Shown here one piece after another: positions 1 through 10,965 of a stretch of DNA of 64,000 bases; the stretch's first letter is position 1, and each line of letters begins with the position of its first letter. The stretch comes from an uncultured archaeon (lineage in GTDB: Archaea; Thermoproteota; Bathyarchaeia; Bathyarchaeales; Bathycorpusculaceae). The translations under genes and the position numbers were made by a program. The notes under the pieces were generated by a model, which was not told where the DNA came from, ran no database searches, and saw only the letters and a list, made by a program, of their open reading frames with translations. Location: the NCBI GenBank assembly GCA_963782915.1, contig CAWALK010000012.1, positions 192,001-256,000 of the forward strand, read 5' to 3'.

Positions 1-162
1 AAAAAATGCGGTTACACCTTTGCAGGTGGAGCGTACACGCCAGTTACTAAACTCGGCACCGTTGCAAAACGTGCAGCTAAAGGCTTACAAGTTGAGGAAG
101 AACAAGCTCCCGCAACTGGAACTGAAGCTGTTGAATCGGCAACTGAAGAAACCACCGAGTAA
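1..162 (+). CDS. rpl37ae: 50S ribosomal protein L37Ae (eL43), 3' part
   Basis: Frame 1 reads KKCGYTFAGGAYTP (eL43 signature), then an acidic tail; TAA at 160-162. Confidence 0.9.
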   Translation, partial: KKCGYTFAGGAYTPVTKLGTVAKRAAKGLQVEEEQAPATGTEAVESATEETTE

Positions 163-233
163 TTTTTTCTTTCCTTTTTAATTTTTGTTTAATTTTGTTT
201 ATTACATTAGATTTCTATTGCTTAGTGGATGCT

Positions 234-491
234 ATGCCAACGAAAGCTACTGCAACAATAAACCTCAAATTCACCTCTGAAAAACAAATCGATACATTAT
301 TGAATGCATTGATGCCTGAAGCTAAAGCTCCACCAACCAGACGAGCCCGTATTCAACTGAAAAAGGCTGGTTCATTTTTAACGTTGGCGGTTGAAGCGGA
401 GGATACGGTTGCTTTGCGGGCGACGTTGAATGCGTATTTGCGGTGGATAACTTCTACTTTAAACGTTATTGAGGTAGTCGAAAAAGCATAA
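234..491 (+). CDS. pcc1: KEOPS complex subunit Pcc1
   Basis: AEDTVALRATLNAYLRWI motif; follows rpl37ae; ATG at 234. Confidence 0.85.
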   Translation: MPTKATATINLKFTSEKQIDTLLNALMPEAKAPPTRRARIQLKKAGSFLTLAVEAEDTVALRATLNAYLRWITSTLNVIEVVEKA

Positions 492-501
492 GGGTTCTTC
501 A

Positions 502-538
502 GTTGCTCTCAGAGAGACTCCCCTCCCTTATTTATAGG
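502..538 (+). repeat. Dispersed ~40-bp motif, copy A (ctcagagagactcccctcccttatttatagg)
   Basis: Similar to copies at 2136, 33488, 33546, 58837 (rev), 59013 (rev) and 61654. Confidence 0.7.
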
Positions 539-767
539 CTGGACGTTTGCAGCTAACTGCTTGCTTCGAGTTTGCATTCATTGGTCAGGGGTTACTTTGG
601 CTAGGTGAATGTTGGGTAAATATTATTCTGGATATGCGTTTGCAGTGGCCTGGTTTGCATTAGTGCTGAAGGTTTACATTGCTCTTTGCTGATGCCTCTT
701 TTCCCTCTTAGATGACTGGGGTAAATAGCAAGTTTTAATAAAACAAACCCCCGATACTCCAAACATA

Positions 768-1094
768 ATGCTCAACACCAAAACATTGTTCATCCAAAGC
801 CTAATCCTCATAGCCGTCGGCATTACACTTCTCACTATAAATTGGGTTATTTATGTCCCAAAATTTACTGCGCTTCAACATGACCTTCTCGGATGGGCAA
901 ACAATGCCACCCACTCCTCGCCTATGCCTTCTCTCGAAGCATACGGACTCAACTCAACAGCGATAGTAATCAGCAGTATTCTAAGTGGCAGCGGTTTTAT
1001 TCTGGTATTTCTTGGCAGTGCCTTTCTTTTGATTTTGCTGGTTGCAAGACTCCTTAAACTCAAAAATAAAAATCAAGCAGCAAAGCCACTGTAA
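768..1094 (+). CDS. Hypothetical membrane protein (2 TM)
   Basis: 108-aa ORF with two hydrophobic segments. Confidence 0.6.
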   Translation: MLNTKTLFIQSLILIAVGITLLTINWVIYVPKFTALQHDLLGWANNATHSSPMPSLEAYGLNSTAIVISSILSGSGFILVFLGSAFLLILLVARLLKLKNKNQAAKPL

Positions 1095-1139
1095 GGTAAA
1101 GGCTTAAACCTATAGTCGCCAAGTTGCTAAGGAAACAGC

Positions 1140-2097
1140 ATGAAACGCACGTTATACTTGGGATTAATCGGCGCTATTTTGGCTGCAGTATTAGTGGTTG
1201 CATTTCTAATTCCTGCTCTGCCACATCGAATAAACCCTGATTCAGTTGGGATTAGCCTACATTCATTCCCAATGCAAGATGCCGAATTAGTGAAAGATAG
1301 TGGGGCACATTGGATACGTATCGACTGTAATTCCTCCCAGAGCGACTTTGGCGATTACCTCAAGAACGCAAAACAACACAATCTATCAGTGCTTGCCATT
1401 TTAGACAGCTGGATGTTCAATGGGTCTTGCCAATTTACCCTTGACGAATGGAAAAGCAAGGTTACATATTTTGTTTCCCAATATTGCGATCATGTGGATG
1501 CTTGGGAAATCTGGAATGAACCCACAAGCCCAACCTACCCACTTTTAAATTTAAACATTACGAACGAGCAATAGCCAAGAAAACATGTCTAAAATAGTAG
1601 ACTTCTACTATTCAATGGCAGAAACCGCCTATCCAATCATTCATCAGCATGATCCAAACGCAACCATCGTGCTTTTCGGAGGATTAAACCTCTACTCAGG
1701 CGGTGACCCTAACCTTGCACTCGACATGGAATTCGCAACTCGACTTGCGGCAAAGGGCATTCAGCAGTATGGCGACGCAATAGCGGTGCATGCTTACCCA
1801 TGGTCAAATGAAATGAACAGAGTTTTGAACCGCTATAATGATTCAATCTCGATTTACCGGGCTCTTTTCCCCAGCAAGGAGGTATGGGTGACAGAGACAG
1901 GGCAAAAGATTCAAGACGGCTGTACGGCGCAGATGCAAGCTGACTATTTGGTTCAAGCACTTGAATTATTTGATGGCAAGGTTGATTGTGTTTTCTGGTA
2001 TGCCCTCTACGATGATGCAACTGGCAACTTTGGGTTGATAGAAAATGGTGTCCAGCGACCAGCTTATAACTCAATGCAGAAGTCATTAAACCCTTAA
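1140..2097 (+). CDS. Membrane-anchored clan GH-A glycoside hydrolase (GH5/GH39-like), split by a frameshift near 1570
   Basis: N-terminal TM; WEIWNEP acid/base motif in ORF 1140-1574; HAYP and VWVTETG nucleophile motif in ORF 1585-2097. Confidence 0.75.
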
Positions 2098-2135
2098 TTC
2101 GCCCTAGTACAAATCAAAGCTTTGGTAAAGCCTTA

Positions 2136-2175
2136 CTACCTACCTCAGAGAGACCTCCCCCTCCCTTTTATAAAG
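2136..2175 (+). repeat. Dispersed ~40-bp motif, copy B
   Basis: ctacctacctcagagagacctccccctcccttttataaag, very similar to 33488-33528. Confidence 0.75.
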
Positions 2176-2241
2176 CCGCAGACGAACCAACTTTTAGTTC
2201 TCTCTCATTGTCCCTAAAAAAAGGCTTTAACTAAACCCAAG

Positions 2242-2571
2242 TTAATGTAAGAAAACAGTTTGAGTGTTTCCCACTTCGGGTTCAGTTATGATCTGTTGAG
2301 GTATAAACCGCTTGTATAGATAAAGTGTTGAAAACAAAATTATCATTCCTGCAGCAAATATTGGTATTCCTTGGAATAAATATGGTTTAGAACCAGTCAC
2401 GTGAAGCCCTTCAGGGGTTATAAAGTTCTGTTTTTCAAAGTAGTATATCATGAATTGTCCGATTGCTATCAAAATTAACCCAAGAACATTCAATAATATT
2501 TCTAAGCCTGTTATTCTTTTAGTTCTTATATCACTTTTAAAATGAACTTCGCGAGCCCTAAACTGCATCAA
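2242..2571 (-). CDS. Hypothetical membrane protein
   Basis: Two TM segments; AT-rich. Confidence 0.5.
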   Translation of the reverse strand: MMQFRAREVHFKSDIRTKRITGLEILLNVLGLILIAIGQFMIYYFEKQNFITPEGLHVTGSKPYLFQGIPIFAAGMIILFSTLYLYKRFIPQQIITEPEVGNTQTVFLH

Positions 2572-2809
2572 TCCCCATATAAGAGCGCCGCCTAAAATAG
2601 TCTAAATACTATGGCTGAAAATGCCCAGTCGAATCCTGAATAAATATCGAAGGTTTGTCTGTAGACATATACTTGTGTAATTACGAAAGTTAAACCTAAT
2701 ATCCCAAAATTAATTAGATTTATACTGTTGACTAATTCCTTTGTTTTCAAGTCCACGTATTTCGCAACCAAGCGTTAAAAGGTTCTTTGTTAAACGTTTT
2801 ATAATTTTG

Positions 2810-3241
2810 CTATAAGTTGCCTCTTCGCCAAGTCTTAACTGTCTCAAAACAAAAGAAAAACACAAAAACCGCCGTTGCCACCAAAGAGAAAACGTATTCC
2901 CTATAGAAAACATTGGGCTTCAACACCGTTAACTCCAGCATCAAAACAGCGATTGCAAAAACCGAATAAAAGAAGTACCTCGGAATCAAGAAACGGCTGA
3001 TTTTTATGCTGTTCTCCAGCAGATACTTGCTAACCAAAAATCCGCCTGCTTCCCTTTTCAGCAGCCCCGCATCCTCGAGCTTAGCCAAATGATAAGTGGC
3101 GACTGAAGAACTGCTCAAATCCAGCGCTCTCTGCAACTCCCGAGTGCCCACTGGTTTGCTGCTTTTGAGCAGGAAACGGTAAACTTCCAAAGTGGTTCCC
3201 TTGAGCACTTCTTTGGATTCATCGGCAGCTACAGAGCTCAT
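2810..3241 (-). CDS. Winged-helix (ArsR-like) regulator with two C-terminal TM helices
   Basis: LKGTTLEVYRFLL..GTRELQRALDLSSSSVATYHLAKLEDAGLL wHTH followed by hydrophobic segments. Confidence 0.8.
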   Translation of the reverse strand: MSSVAADESKEVLKGTTLEVYRFLLKSSKPVGTRELQRALDLSSSSVATYHLAKLEDAGLLKREAGGFLVSKYLLENSIKISRFLIPRYFFYSVFAIAVLMLELTVLKPNVFYREYVFSLVATAVFVFFFCFETVKTWRRGNL

Positions 3242-3390
3242 ATTCCCATGAATATACTTCAATGGATTTAAGAGCTATCCTTTCTTTGGGCCGCTGTGGT
3301 CGTTCGATTTTTAGAACAGTGTTTCGTAAAAATACTATTAAATAAAACCGTTGTGCCTTCATTAGGTATCATAGTCAGGTATGGAATAGT

Positions 3391-3675
3391 TTGAACCGTA
3401 AAATGCTGCTGGCGCCTGTTCTCGCGGTTGTATTGGCTTTATCGTTAGCGGGTGCCCTGAGCATGTTTCCTCAGAGTCAGCCTGAGGGGGGACATATTAC
3501 TTCCAACCCTGCACCAACTCCGCAACCCACTCATCTACCACAGCCACAGTCTGCTGCTTCTGCGGCAGATTTGTTTTTTGTTCCAGCATTAGCCATATGT
3601 GTTTTCGCTATAGTAATCGTTGCCATAGCGGTTGGGGTCCTTTTCTTCAGGGAAAAAAACCTAAAAATGGATTAG
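3391..3675 (+). CDS. Small membrane protein with Pro/Thr linker
   Basis: Two TMs flanking PAPTPQPT; divergent from the wHTH gene. Confidence 0.6.
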   Translation: MNRKMLLAPVLAVVLALSLAGALSMFPQSQPEGGHITSNPAPTPQPTHLPQPQSAASAADLFFVPALAICVFAIVIVAIAVGVLFFREKNLKMD

Positions 3676-3789
3676 TTTAAGGCGAATTAACGCTATTTTG
3701 ATGTGCTAAAAAACGAACATGACGTGCTAAAGCATTGCATTAAGTACCGCTGCCACCCTGTTACAGACACCTGAGGGAGCTTGAATTAA

Positions 3790-4407
3790 GTGACAATCCT
3801 TATGCCTTCGCCGATTCCATACGTCGTTCTCTTCGTGATAATCACTGTAGTAGCTATGTCTTGTTTGGTTAAATTTTCCTCTTTGAGAAAATACCGCAAA
3901 AAAAGGAATTTGCTTGTTTACGGTGTCGTAGCCTTGTTGCTGAGCCTAACAGGTTACCAATCGGTAAACGTAGCGTATCAGGCATCCATGGGTCCAATGA
4001 TGATTACCTATGACGTAGAATTCCATCGCGCTTCGTTGTATGCGGGGCAAACCAGCCAATTTACTGTGTCTTGTGAGGTTCTTGGACGGCGGGAGACGAG
4101 TTTCTATTTAGTGCTAAACGGCGAAAACGCCTCTCTAACCGCTGACACCCAAGAATATGTTCAGATGAACGATACCGCAATCAAAATACTCTTCACCCTA
4201 AACAGCCCACATCAGGAGGTAACCAAGATAGTGCACTTTAAAATAAACGAAAACGTCACCAGCTGCCGAATCCAAACTGATACAGAACCAATACAGCCCT
4301 CAAATCATGGACCTATCGTTACAGGTGCCACTGACCACATAGATTGCATCCTGAATCCAAGAACTAACAGTTTCAGCTTCACTGATTCGCCAGGACCATG
4401 TGTGTGA
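3790..4407 (+). CDS. Hypothetical membrane protein with extracellular domain
   Basis: 205-aa ORF with two N-terminal TMs. Confidence 0.6.
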   Translation: MTILMPSPIPYVVLFVIITVVAMSCLVKFSSLRKYRKKRNLLVYGVVALLLSLTGYQSVNVAYQASMGPMMITYDVEFHRASLYAGQTSQFTVSCEVLGRRETSFYLVLNGENASLTADTQEYVQMNDTAIKILFTLNSPHQEVTKIVHFKINENVTSCRIQTDTEPIQPSNHGPIVTGATDHIDCILNPRTNSFSFTDSPGPCV

Positions 4408-4412
4408 TAAAA

Positions 4413-5138
4413 ATGAACAGCAAAACCATAACCCGTTTCTCCTTCGCAATTCTGCTGGTTCTAGCCGCCTCAATGCTTGAAGTCGCCGTGGCTAACCCAC
4501 TTAGGACCCCGATGATCTCAGTTAATTCACCCATAAACAACTACGTTTATTCCACTGGTGATGTCTGGCTGCAATTCACTAACTTAGACAGGGTAGACTA
4601 CAATTTTTCCTCCTACAGTTATAGTCTTGACGGCGGGGCTGCACAACCTACAGATGGCAACACTAAATTAACCAATTTGGCAGCAGGGTCACACAAGTTG
4701 ATTATCTATGGAAACGGTACCAACAGTATGTACCCTCATTATGGTTCGCTGCTAGAAATCGTCTATTTCAACGTGAACTATTCAGAGGCATGGGTTACTT
4801 TCGCCCTGTCTTTCTTGGTGTTTATCGCGGTGGTTTCGCTTGGTTTATTTGTAAACCGAAAAAGGCTTATGGTGCGATTAAGAGGCAAGAAGAACGCTTT
4901 CTTCTGGCTTGGACTCTTTGTAGTAGTTTTTGTTTCTATATTTCTTGTGCCAATGGGTTGGAATGAACTCAATAACTATCTGTTCCCCCATGACACTCGA
5001 GGTGCAATAAGTCTCTATTTAGTTCCGTCTATTGTTGGCTTCTTAATTTTGCTCCCTGTTGGGTTTCTGTTGATGGCGCTTGGCACTATGCACATAAAAT
5101 TCCCTAAGTGGGAATCGCCACATCCAAAGAAAAAATAG
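4413..5138 (+). CDS. Secreted/membrane protein with Ig-like domain and 3 C-terminal TMs
   Basis: Signal peptide; SYSYSLDG..TNLAAGSHKLIIYG Ig-like pattern. Confidence 0.65.
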   Translation: MNSKTITRFSFAILLVLAASMLEVAVANPLRTPMISVNSPINNYVYSTGDVWLQFTNLDRVDYNFSSYSYSLDGGAAQPTDGNTKLTNLAAGSHKLIIYGNGTNSMYPHYGSLLEIVYFNVNYSEAWVTFALSFLVFIAVVSLGLFVNRKRLMVRLRGKKNAFFWLGLFVVVFVSIFLVPMGWNELNNYLFPHDTRGAISLYLVPSIVGFLILLPVGFLLMALGTMHIKFPKWESPHPKKK

Positions 5139-5144
5139 TGCCTT

Positions 5145-6324
5145 CTAAGGGTTAACTCTTGTACCGTTCCAGAAAATCAGCTCTTCATAACGGCCCTTAG
5201 CATCCGCCAATAAAGTTGGGTAGTTGCATACTATGTCAAAGCCTGCGCCCTTTTGGCGTATGAGGCTGTCCACATCGCTGTAGATGCCGCGGGTTTGGCT
5301 GTCACCGCTCCAGAGACCCCAAACAGTGTCCGATGGATTCCTAAATCCAAAGCCATAATCAGCAGGCAAAACATAAGCGGTCTTCACATTTTTGTATTCT
5401 GTATCGACGCGTCCATAACTGGAACTGTAATTCCAAAACTTATGAAGCGCAGTCAAATGATCCTGCGTTAAAATACCATACTGTGCTGAATCAACTTTGG
5501 GGTAATCAAAAACAATCGCGTATTTCGCCCCATTGTTGTAGGCCAGTAAGAGATCGTCAAATAATTCAGTGCCCGACTCAATGTAGGGTGAACCGGTAAA
5601 GTTGCTGTATGTCCAAGTTATCATGGCACCCCAATCCCTATCGAACGTTCGTGCCCCACCACGTACCAATGCGATTTGTTGTTCACGGCTGTTATTCCAA
5701 CCGAACTCCGCCAAAACTGCATCGTACCCCGCTTGATAATCAAACCAGTATAACCCATAATCAGCCGTCAAAACATCTATTCCAGCATTTTGGTAGTATT
5801 CAATCTCTGGATTTAACACATCAACATAGCGTTCTGCTGCTTGTGTGTAGCTGCTGGCGCTTTTAACTTCCTGATATTTGCTGTTATCCAGTTGGTCTCC
5901 GCCGGCTTCATCCCACCTGTAAACCGCCACGAATTTGTCACCGTACTTTTCTTTAGCATCAACAACCCATTGTGCCGGCGTGTAATTCATGCCAACCTGA
6001 ATACTGAGAAGTATTAGTGAATAACACGATGAAGTGCAGACCTGAATCAACGATGTAGTTGCAACTCTCATCCAGCAGAGTCCTGTTTATAGAAACCTCC
6101 GGCAACCCCAAGACTACTATGTTGGTGTAGTTTTTTACTTCAGTGACGACTGCTTTTAAGTCGTTAAAGTCGCCGTATGCAACTTCTACGCCTACATAGA
6201 TTTCAGATGACTTAGCAGATTCAGGGGTCCGTGTTATCATAATAGAAGTCATGATTATCGTTATTGCTACGATTGCTAGAATGGCAACTTGCTGTTTTGA
6301 TAGCTTCCTTACCTTTGACTGCAT
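5145..6324 (-). CDS. Conserved hypothetical membrane-anchored protein (TIM-barrel/GH-like), frameshift near 5990
   Basis: ORFs 5959-6366 and 5145-6071 join into one protein; TADYGLYWFDY..GYDAVLAEFGWN motif. Confidence 0.65.
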
Positions 6325-6374
6325 AGTAGGGGTATATGTGTGCTGTAAAGAAAAAAGCTTTGCCAAAAGCCGAT

Positions 6375-6629
6375 TTACTTGTATTTAATTTTGAAAACCA
6401 AAATAATGACTGCTTGGATGCAAGCAAAAAAGTTCGCGAGAATAATCGGCACATGATTAGTTAACAATCCGTAGATGAACCATAGGAATACACCGGCACA
6501 GAAAAGCGAGAACATGCTTATTGAGATGTCTTTGGTTGATTTGGTTTTAACTACCCTGAGTAGCTGTGGAAAAAGCGAAACAGTCGTTATTAGGGCGGCA
6601 AGTAAGCCAAGGATTGTTATTATATCCAT
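6375..6629 (-). CDS. SemiSWEET / PQ-loop sugar transporter
   Basis: GLLAALITTVSLFPQ..KTKSTKDIS..LWFIYG..PIILAN. Confidence 0.9.
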   Translation of the reverse strand: MDIITILGLLAALITTVSLFPQLLRVVKTKSTKDISISMFSLFCAGVFLWFIYGLLTNHVPIILANFFACIQAVIILVFKIKYK

Positions 6630-6963
6630 TGGTTTTCTATGTGACCATTTGATGCTATTTCTATCTTTCTGCTTGAAGACAATTTCTGCCTTAGTCATCA
6701 ATTAATTTTTAAGTTTTTTCTTTAACGGTTGCCTATATTTTTAGGGGAAGAAAATTATGCTGAATACAATAGCTACCTAATGAACGCTAAATTTATGGGA
6801 AGAACTGATTTTAAGTTCAACTCTTTGGTTCATTCGTCCTTTTTGTTTTATTCATTGTTTGTAAGTTTGTTAAGGATATGTATGATTTGTAATTAAAAAA
6901 TTGATTTTTATCTCATAAATATGCAAAGTTATTTATAGTGATAGCTTCCATAGGCTAAAATGC

Positions 6964-7015
6964 GTTGGCAAAGGGCAACCGATTGACCAACTATTTCTGG
7001 TTACTTTTTGTCAAC
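6964..7015 (+). promoter_or_regulatory. Long 5'-leader hairpin upstream of the beta-propeller gene
   Basis: GTTGGCAAAGGGCAACC pairs with GGTTACTTTTTGTCAAC (16/17, 3 G-U); lies between a TATA-like box (~6929-6937) and the AGGAG RBS. Confidence 0.5.
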
Positions 7016-7035
7016 AAAACTAGGAGAAAGAAAAA

Positions 7036-9657
7036 ATGCAAACAAAATTTAGTAAAACCACGGTTATTGCATTAAGTCTTCTTTTGATACTTTCAATGAC
7101 CGCCACAATAGCTATACCACAAACGCATGCAGCTCAATTCCCCGGAGTCAAAATCCCCACCTGGGCGTATCTTGAAGTCGTCCCAGACAAAATAGGCGCA
7201 GGACAAAACGTTTTGCTAGTCATGTGGATCGACAAACCACCGCCAACTGCAAACGGCATCTACGGCGACCGATGGGTAAACATGTCAATCACAATAACAA
7301 AACCCGACGGCACCACTGAAAACTTAGGGCCATTCCAATCTGACGACGCAGGCGGCTACACCGCTACCTACGCACCCGTACAAACAGGCACCTACTCTGC
7401 AGTCATGAGCTTCCCCGGCGAAACCTTAACAGGCTCACAAGGAAACGCTGGCTTCGCCAACCTGAACAACGCAAACGTCGGCGACGTCTACGACGCTTCA
7501 ACCAGCAACACAGTTCACTTCACAGTAGGCGAAGAACAAGTTGCCATGATCCCTGAAAATCCGCTTCCAACAGACTACTGGCAAAACCCAGTACAAGCCT
7601 TCAACCACTACTGGTCTACCATTTCCGGTAACTGGCTTGGAATTTCAGCTGTTGAATTCGGAAACACAGGTAACTACAACTTCGCAGGCAACTTCAACCC
7701 CTATGCTGAAGCACCCATGACTGGCCACGTCGTATGGGCTCAACCACTCGTTCCGGGATCTCCGGGAGGTCAAATGGGCGGAGAATTCGGCGGCAACGCA
7801 GAAAGCAACTTCTACTCAGGCTTCCAATACCAACCAAAATTCTGTCCAATCATCATGAACGGCATACTCTACTACCAAGCAATGCCCAACTATAACTCGC
7901 TAACTCAAGGCTTCGTAGCTAAAGACTTAAGATCAGGCGAAACCATCTGGACCAAGAACTACAACAACTACTTTGCAAACGGCTCACAAGACGTCTTACT
8001 ATGCGGACAAATCTACGTTTACAAGACCATGAACACATACGGTGGACAAGCATACCTCTGGGCAACAAGAGCTAACGGCACAAGCACAAACCTCGACTGC
8101 TTTGACGCAGCAACCGGCAACTTCCTCTTCACAGTGTGGGGCGGAGGCGGCGGAGGCTCATTCGGTCGACAGAACTTCCAAGGCAAAGACGGTAGTCTTC
8201 TGCAATTATTCGTCAACTCCTCAAACGTTGGCGGAGCAACAAGACAATCTCTAACGCTATGGAACTCAAGCCACTGTGTCAACCCAACTGACAGCCAATT
8301 CTTTAACTTCCAACAAAACGGAAACTACCCATACAACACAGGCATAATGTGGTCCGTGCTACTGCCAAACCAGACTTCAACTGGCAGCCCAATTCCAAGC
8401 TGGGTATTCGATGACGCAGGTCACTCTGCATGGGACCCAGATAATAACATAATGATCTTGGGCGCTAGCACCGGCATGTACGCAGCATACGGATGGAACC
8501 CCGGCTGGGTAATGAAAGTAGCAGTCGACATGAACAAAGGAACACAACTTTGGCTAAAGAACACAACACAAACACCCTTCGCAGCATCAATGATGATGCC
8601 CGGCGCATCCAACAGCACCTACGCAGAATACACCAAAGAAACATTCACCTTCATCGGATACAGCACAATCACAGGCGACAAAGTATGGGGACCAACAACA
8701 CCCTTCGTTAACCCATTAGCATACTACGACCAAACAAGTGCAGTCTGTGCATACGGTAAACTCTACACTTGGACATTCGGCGGAGAAGTCTACTGCTTTG
8801 ACATGACAACCGGCGCTAAAGTTTGGAACTGGAGTACCGGTGACACTGGATTAAACACTCCATACGGCACCAACCCATTCTGGATCATCGGCAACTACGA
8901 AGCAACAGTTGCAGATGGAGTACTCTACCTTGAAACCGGCCACGACTATGGTCCACCACTATTCAGCGGCGCAAAAATCTATGCATTAAACGCAACAACA
9001 GGCGAACCAATCTGGGATATACTAAACTTCGCCAGCGGCTCAAGCCTACCAGTAGCATACGGCTACATGCTATCATTCAACGCCTACGACAACCAAATTT
9101 ACTGCTATGGCAAAGGACAAACCAAAACCACCGTAGACACATCCCCCACCATTAACAACAACGCCAACATGTTGATTACCGGCACCGTCACTGACCAATC
9201 ACCCGGCAACACTTGTCTAGGCATACCTGCAGCAGGTACACCTGCAATTTCGGATGCTTCCATGAGCAGATGGATGGAATACCTCTACATGCAATCACCA
9301 AAACCCACCAACGCCTCAGGCGTTCCAGTAACACTAAGCGTTGTGGACGCAAACGGCAACTTCCGCACCATCGGACAAACCACAACCGACGCAAACGGAC
9401 AATTCGCATACACCTACACACCAGACATACCCGGAACATACACAGTCATGGCAACATTCGCCGGATCAAACTCGTACTTTACTTCCTCAGCACAAACCCA
9501 CGTCAACTTTGACATGCCCGCACAAGCTACCGCTTCACCAACAGCTCAACCACAATCAATAGCTGACCAATACTTCCTACCGATGTCAATAATCACAATA
9601 GCTGCAATAGTTGTAATCGGCGCTATACTAGCTTTAATGCTTCGCAAACGCCCATAA
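7036..9657 (+). CDS. PQQ-binding-like beta-propeller surface protein (signal peptide, Ig-like domains, C-terminal TM anchor)
   Basis: YCFDMTTGAKVW and YALNATTGEPIW propeller repeats; paralog of 55834-58461. Confidence 0.85.
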   Translation: MQTKFSKTTVIALSLLLILSMTATIAIPQTHAAQFPGVKIPTWAYLEVVPDKIGAGQNVLLVMWIDKPPPTANGIYGDRWVNMSITITKPDGTTENLGPFQSDDAGGYTATYAPVQTGTYSAVMSFPGETLTGSQGNAGFANLNNANVGDVYDASTSNTVHFTVGEEQVAMIPENPLPTDYWQNPVQAFNHYWSTISGNWLGISAVEFGNTGNYNFAGNFNPYAEAPMTGHVVWAQPLVPGSPGGQMGGEFGGNAESNFYSGFQYQPKFCPIIMNGILYYQAMPNYNSLTQGFVAKDLRSGETIWTKNYNNYFANGSQDVLLCGQIYVYKTMNTYGGQAYLWATRANGTSTNLDCFDAATGNFLFTVWGGGGGGSFGRQNFQGKDGSLLQLFVNSSNVGGATRQSLTLWNSSHCVNPTDSQFFNFQQNGNYPYNTGIMWSVLLPNQTSTGSPIPSWVFDDAGHSAWDPDNNIMILGASTGMYAAYGWNPGWVMKVAVDMNKGTQLWLKNTTQTPFAASMMMPGASNSTYAEYTKETFTFIGYSTITGDKVWGPTTPFVNPLAYYDQTSAVCAYGKLYTWTFGGEVYCFDMTTGAKVWNWSTGDTGLNTPYGTNPFWIIGNYEATVADGVLYLETGHDYGPPLFSGAKIYALNATTGEPIWDILNFASGSSLPVAYGYMLSFNAYDNQIYCYGKGQTKTTVDTSPTINNNANMLITGTVTDQSPGNTCLGIPAAGTPAISDASMSRWMEYLYMQSPKPTNASGVPVTLSVVDANGNFRTIGQTTTDANGQFAYTYTPDIPGTYTVMATFAGSNSYFTSSAQTHVNFDMPAQATASPTAQPQSIADQYFLPMSIITIAAIVVIGAILALMLRKRP

Positions 9658-9883
9658 ACTTGGAAATATTTTATTTCCCCTCCCCCTTTTTAGTTTTAAA
9701 GAAAAAGCGTCTGGTTAAGTTGTCCCTGCATTTTTATTAGGAGGAATTGATCATTTATGCTTCATGGTCAACAGTATTTAATTTCTGCCAAAACAATACG
9801 CCTTCCTTGACTAGGGAAGGTTTAAATAAATACTGACTCATTTCGTATATGCTTCAAAGTTAAAAAACGGATGAAAATTCAGC

Positions 9884-10372
9884 ATGTCACAGGAATACCG
9901 CTATATTGTTCGTATTATGGGTACAGACGTTCAGGGTACCCTTAAGACGTCTTACGCAGTTGCGCAAGTCAAAGGCGTCAGCTCGAGTCTTTCCAATGCA
10001 GTCCTCAAGAAGGCAGGCGTAAACCCTGACCTCCGCGTCGGTCTCATAACTGAATCAGACGTTTCCAAAATAGAGGACGTTATCCGGGATCCAGCGAAAT
10101 ACGGCATCCCAGCATGGATGTACAACCGTCGAAAAGACAGCGACACCGGAAAAGACGTGCACGTTTTAAGCGCAGAACTTGCATTCAAGATAAAAACTGA
10201 TATTGATGGGGCCAAAGAAATCAGGTCTTGGCGCGGATACCGCCACGCTTACAGCCTGAAAGTAAGAGGCCAAAGAACTAAAACTACTGGACGCGCAGGC
10301 AAAGCTTTGGGTGTTAAGAAGAAGACTCTTCTTCAGAAACCCGGCGGAGCCCCAGCTGAAGGAGGCAAATAA
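9884..10372 (+). CDS. rps13: 30S ribosomal protein S13
   Basis: [22 protein letters not shown]. Confidence 0.97.
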   Translation: MSQEYRYIVRIMGTDVQGTLKTSYAVAQVKGVSSSLSNAVLKKAGVNPDLRVGLITESDVSKIEDVIRDPAKYGIPAWMYNRRKDSDTGKDVHVLSAELAFKIKTDIDGAKEIRSWRGYRHAYSLKVRGQRTKTTGRAGKALGVKKKTLLQKPGGAPAEGGK

Positions 10373-10374
10373 GC

Positions 10375-10965
10375 ATGGGAGATCCAAGGAAGCAACGTAA
10401 GAAATTCGATACGCCACGTTTCCGCTGGCGAAAAGATGTCCTCCAAGAAGAATTAAAACTTCTAGGGCAATATGGCCTGCGAAACAAGCATGAACTCTGG
10501 AGACATAAAACTACACTATCCAAGACCAGAGGCATTGCCCGTACATTAATCAGTAAATCCACTGAAGAACGTGCAAAGATGGAAATGGAATTGCTGGCCC
10601 AACTTAAAAAGAAGGGTATCCTACAGGAAACTGCAGTGCTCGACAACGTACTCGACTTAACAATCGAAGACATCTTAGAGCGTAGACTGCAAACAATCGT
10701 TTTCCGCAAGGGACTAGCACGCACAACATTCCAAGCACGCCAACTAATCACACACGGTCACGTAACAATCGACAACCGCAGAGTAACCATCCCCGGCTAC
10801 ATCGTACAAAAAGAAGAAGAAGCCAAAATCGTCTACTCACCAGAAAGCGCAATTGCAAAACAAGAACATGCTCTACGTGTCGGATTAACAGTGGTCGCTA
10901 AACAACCAGAAGTTAGACAACAACAAAGAGGCCGAAGAGGCGGACGCGGAGGCGGCAGATTTTGA
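10375..10965 (+). CDS. rps4: 30S ribosomal protein S4
   Basis: [14 protein letters not shown]; [15 protein letters not shown]. Confidence 0.97.
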   Translation: MGDPRKQRKKFDTPRFRWRKDVLQEELKLLGQYGLRNKHELWRHKTTLSKTRGIARTLISKSTEERAKMEMELLAQLKKKGILQETAVLDNVLDLTIEDILERRLQTIVFRKGLARTTFQARQLITHGHVTIDNRRVTIPGYIVQKEEEAKIVYSPESAIAKQEHALRVGLTVVAKQPEVRQQQRGRRGGRGGGRF

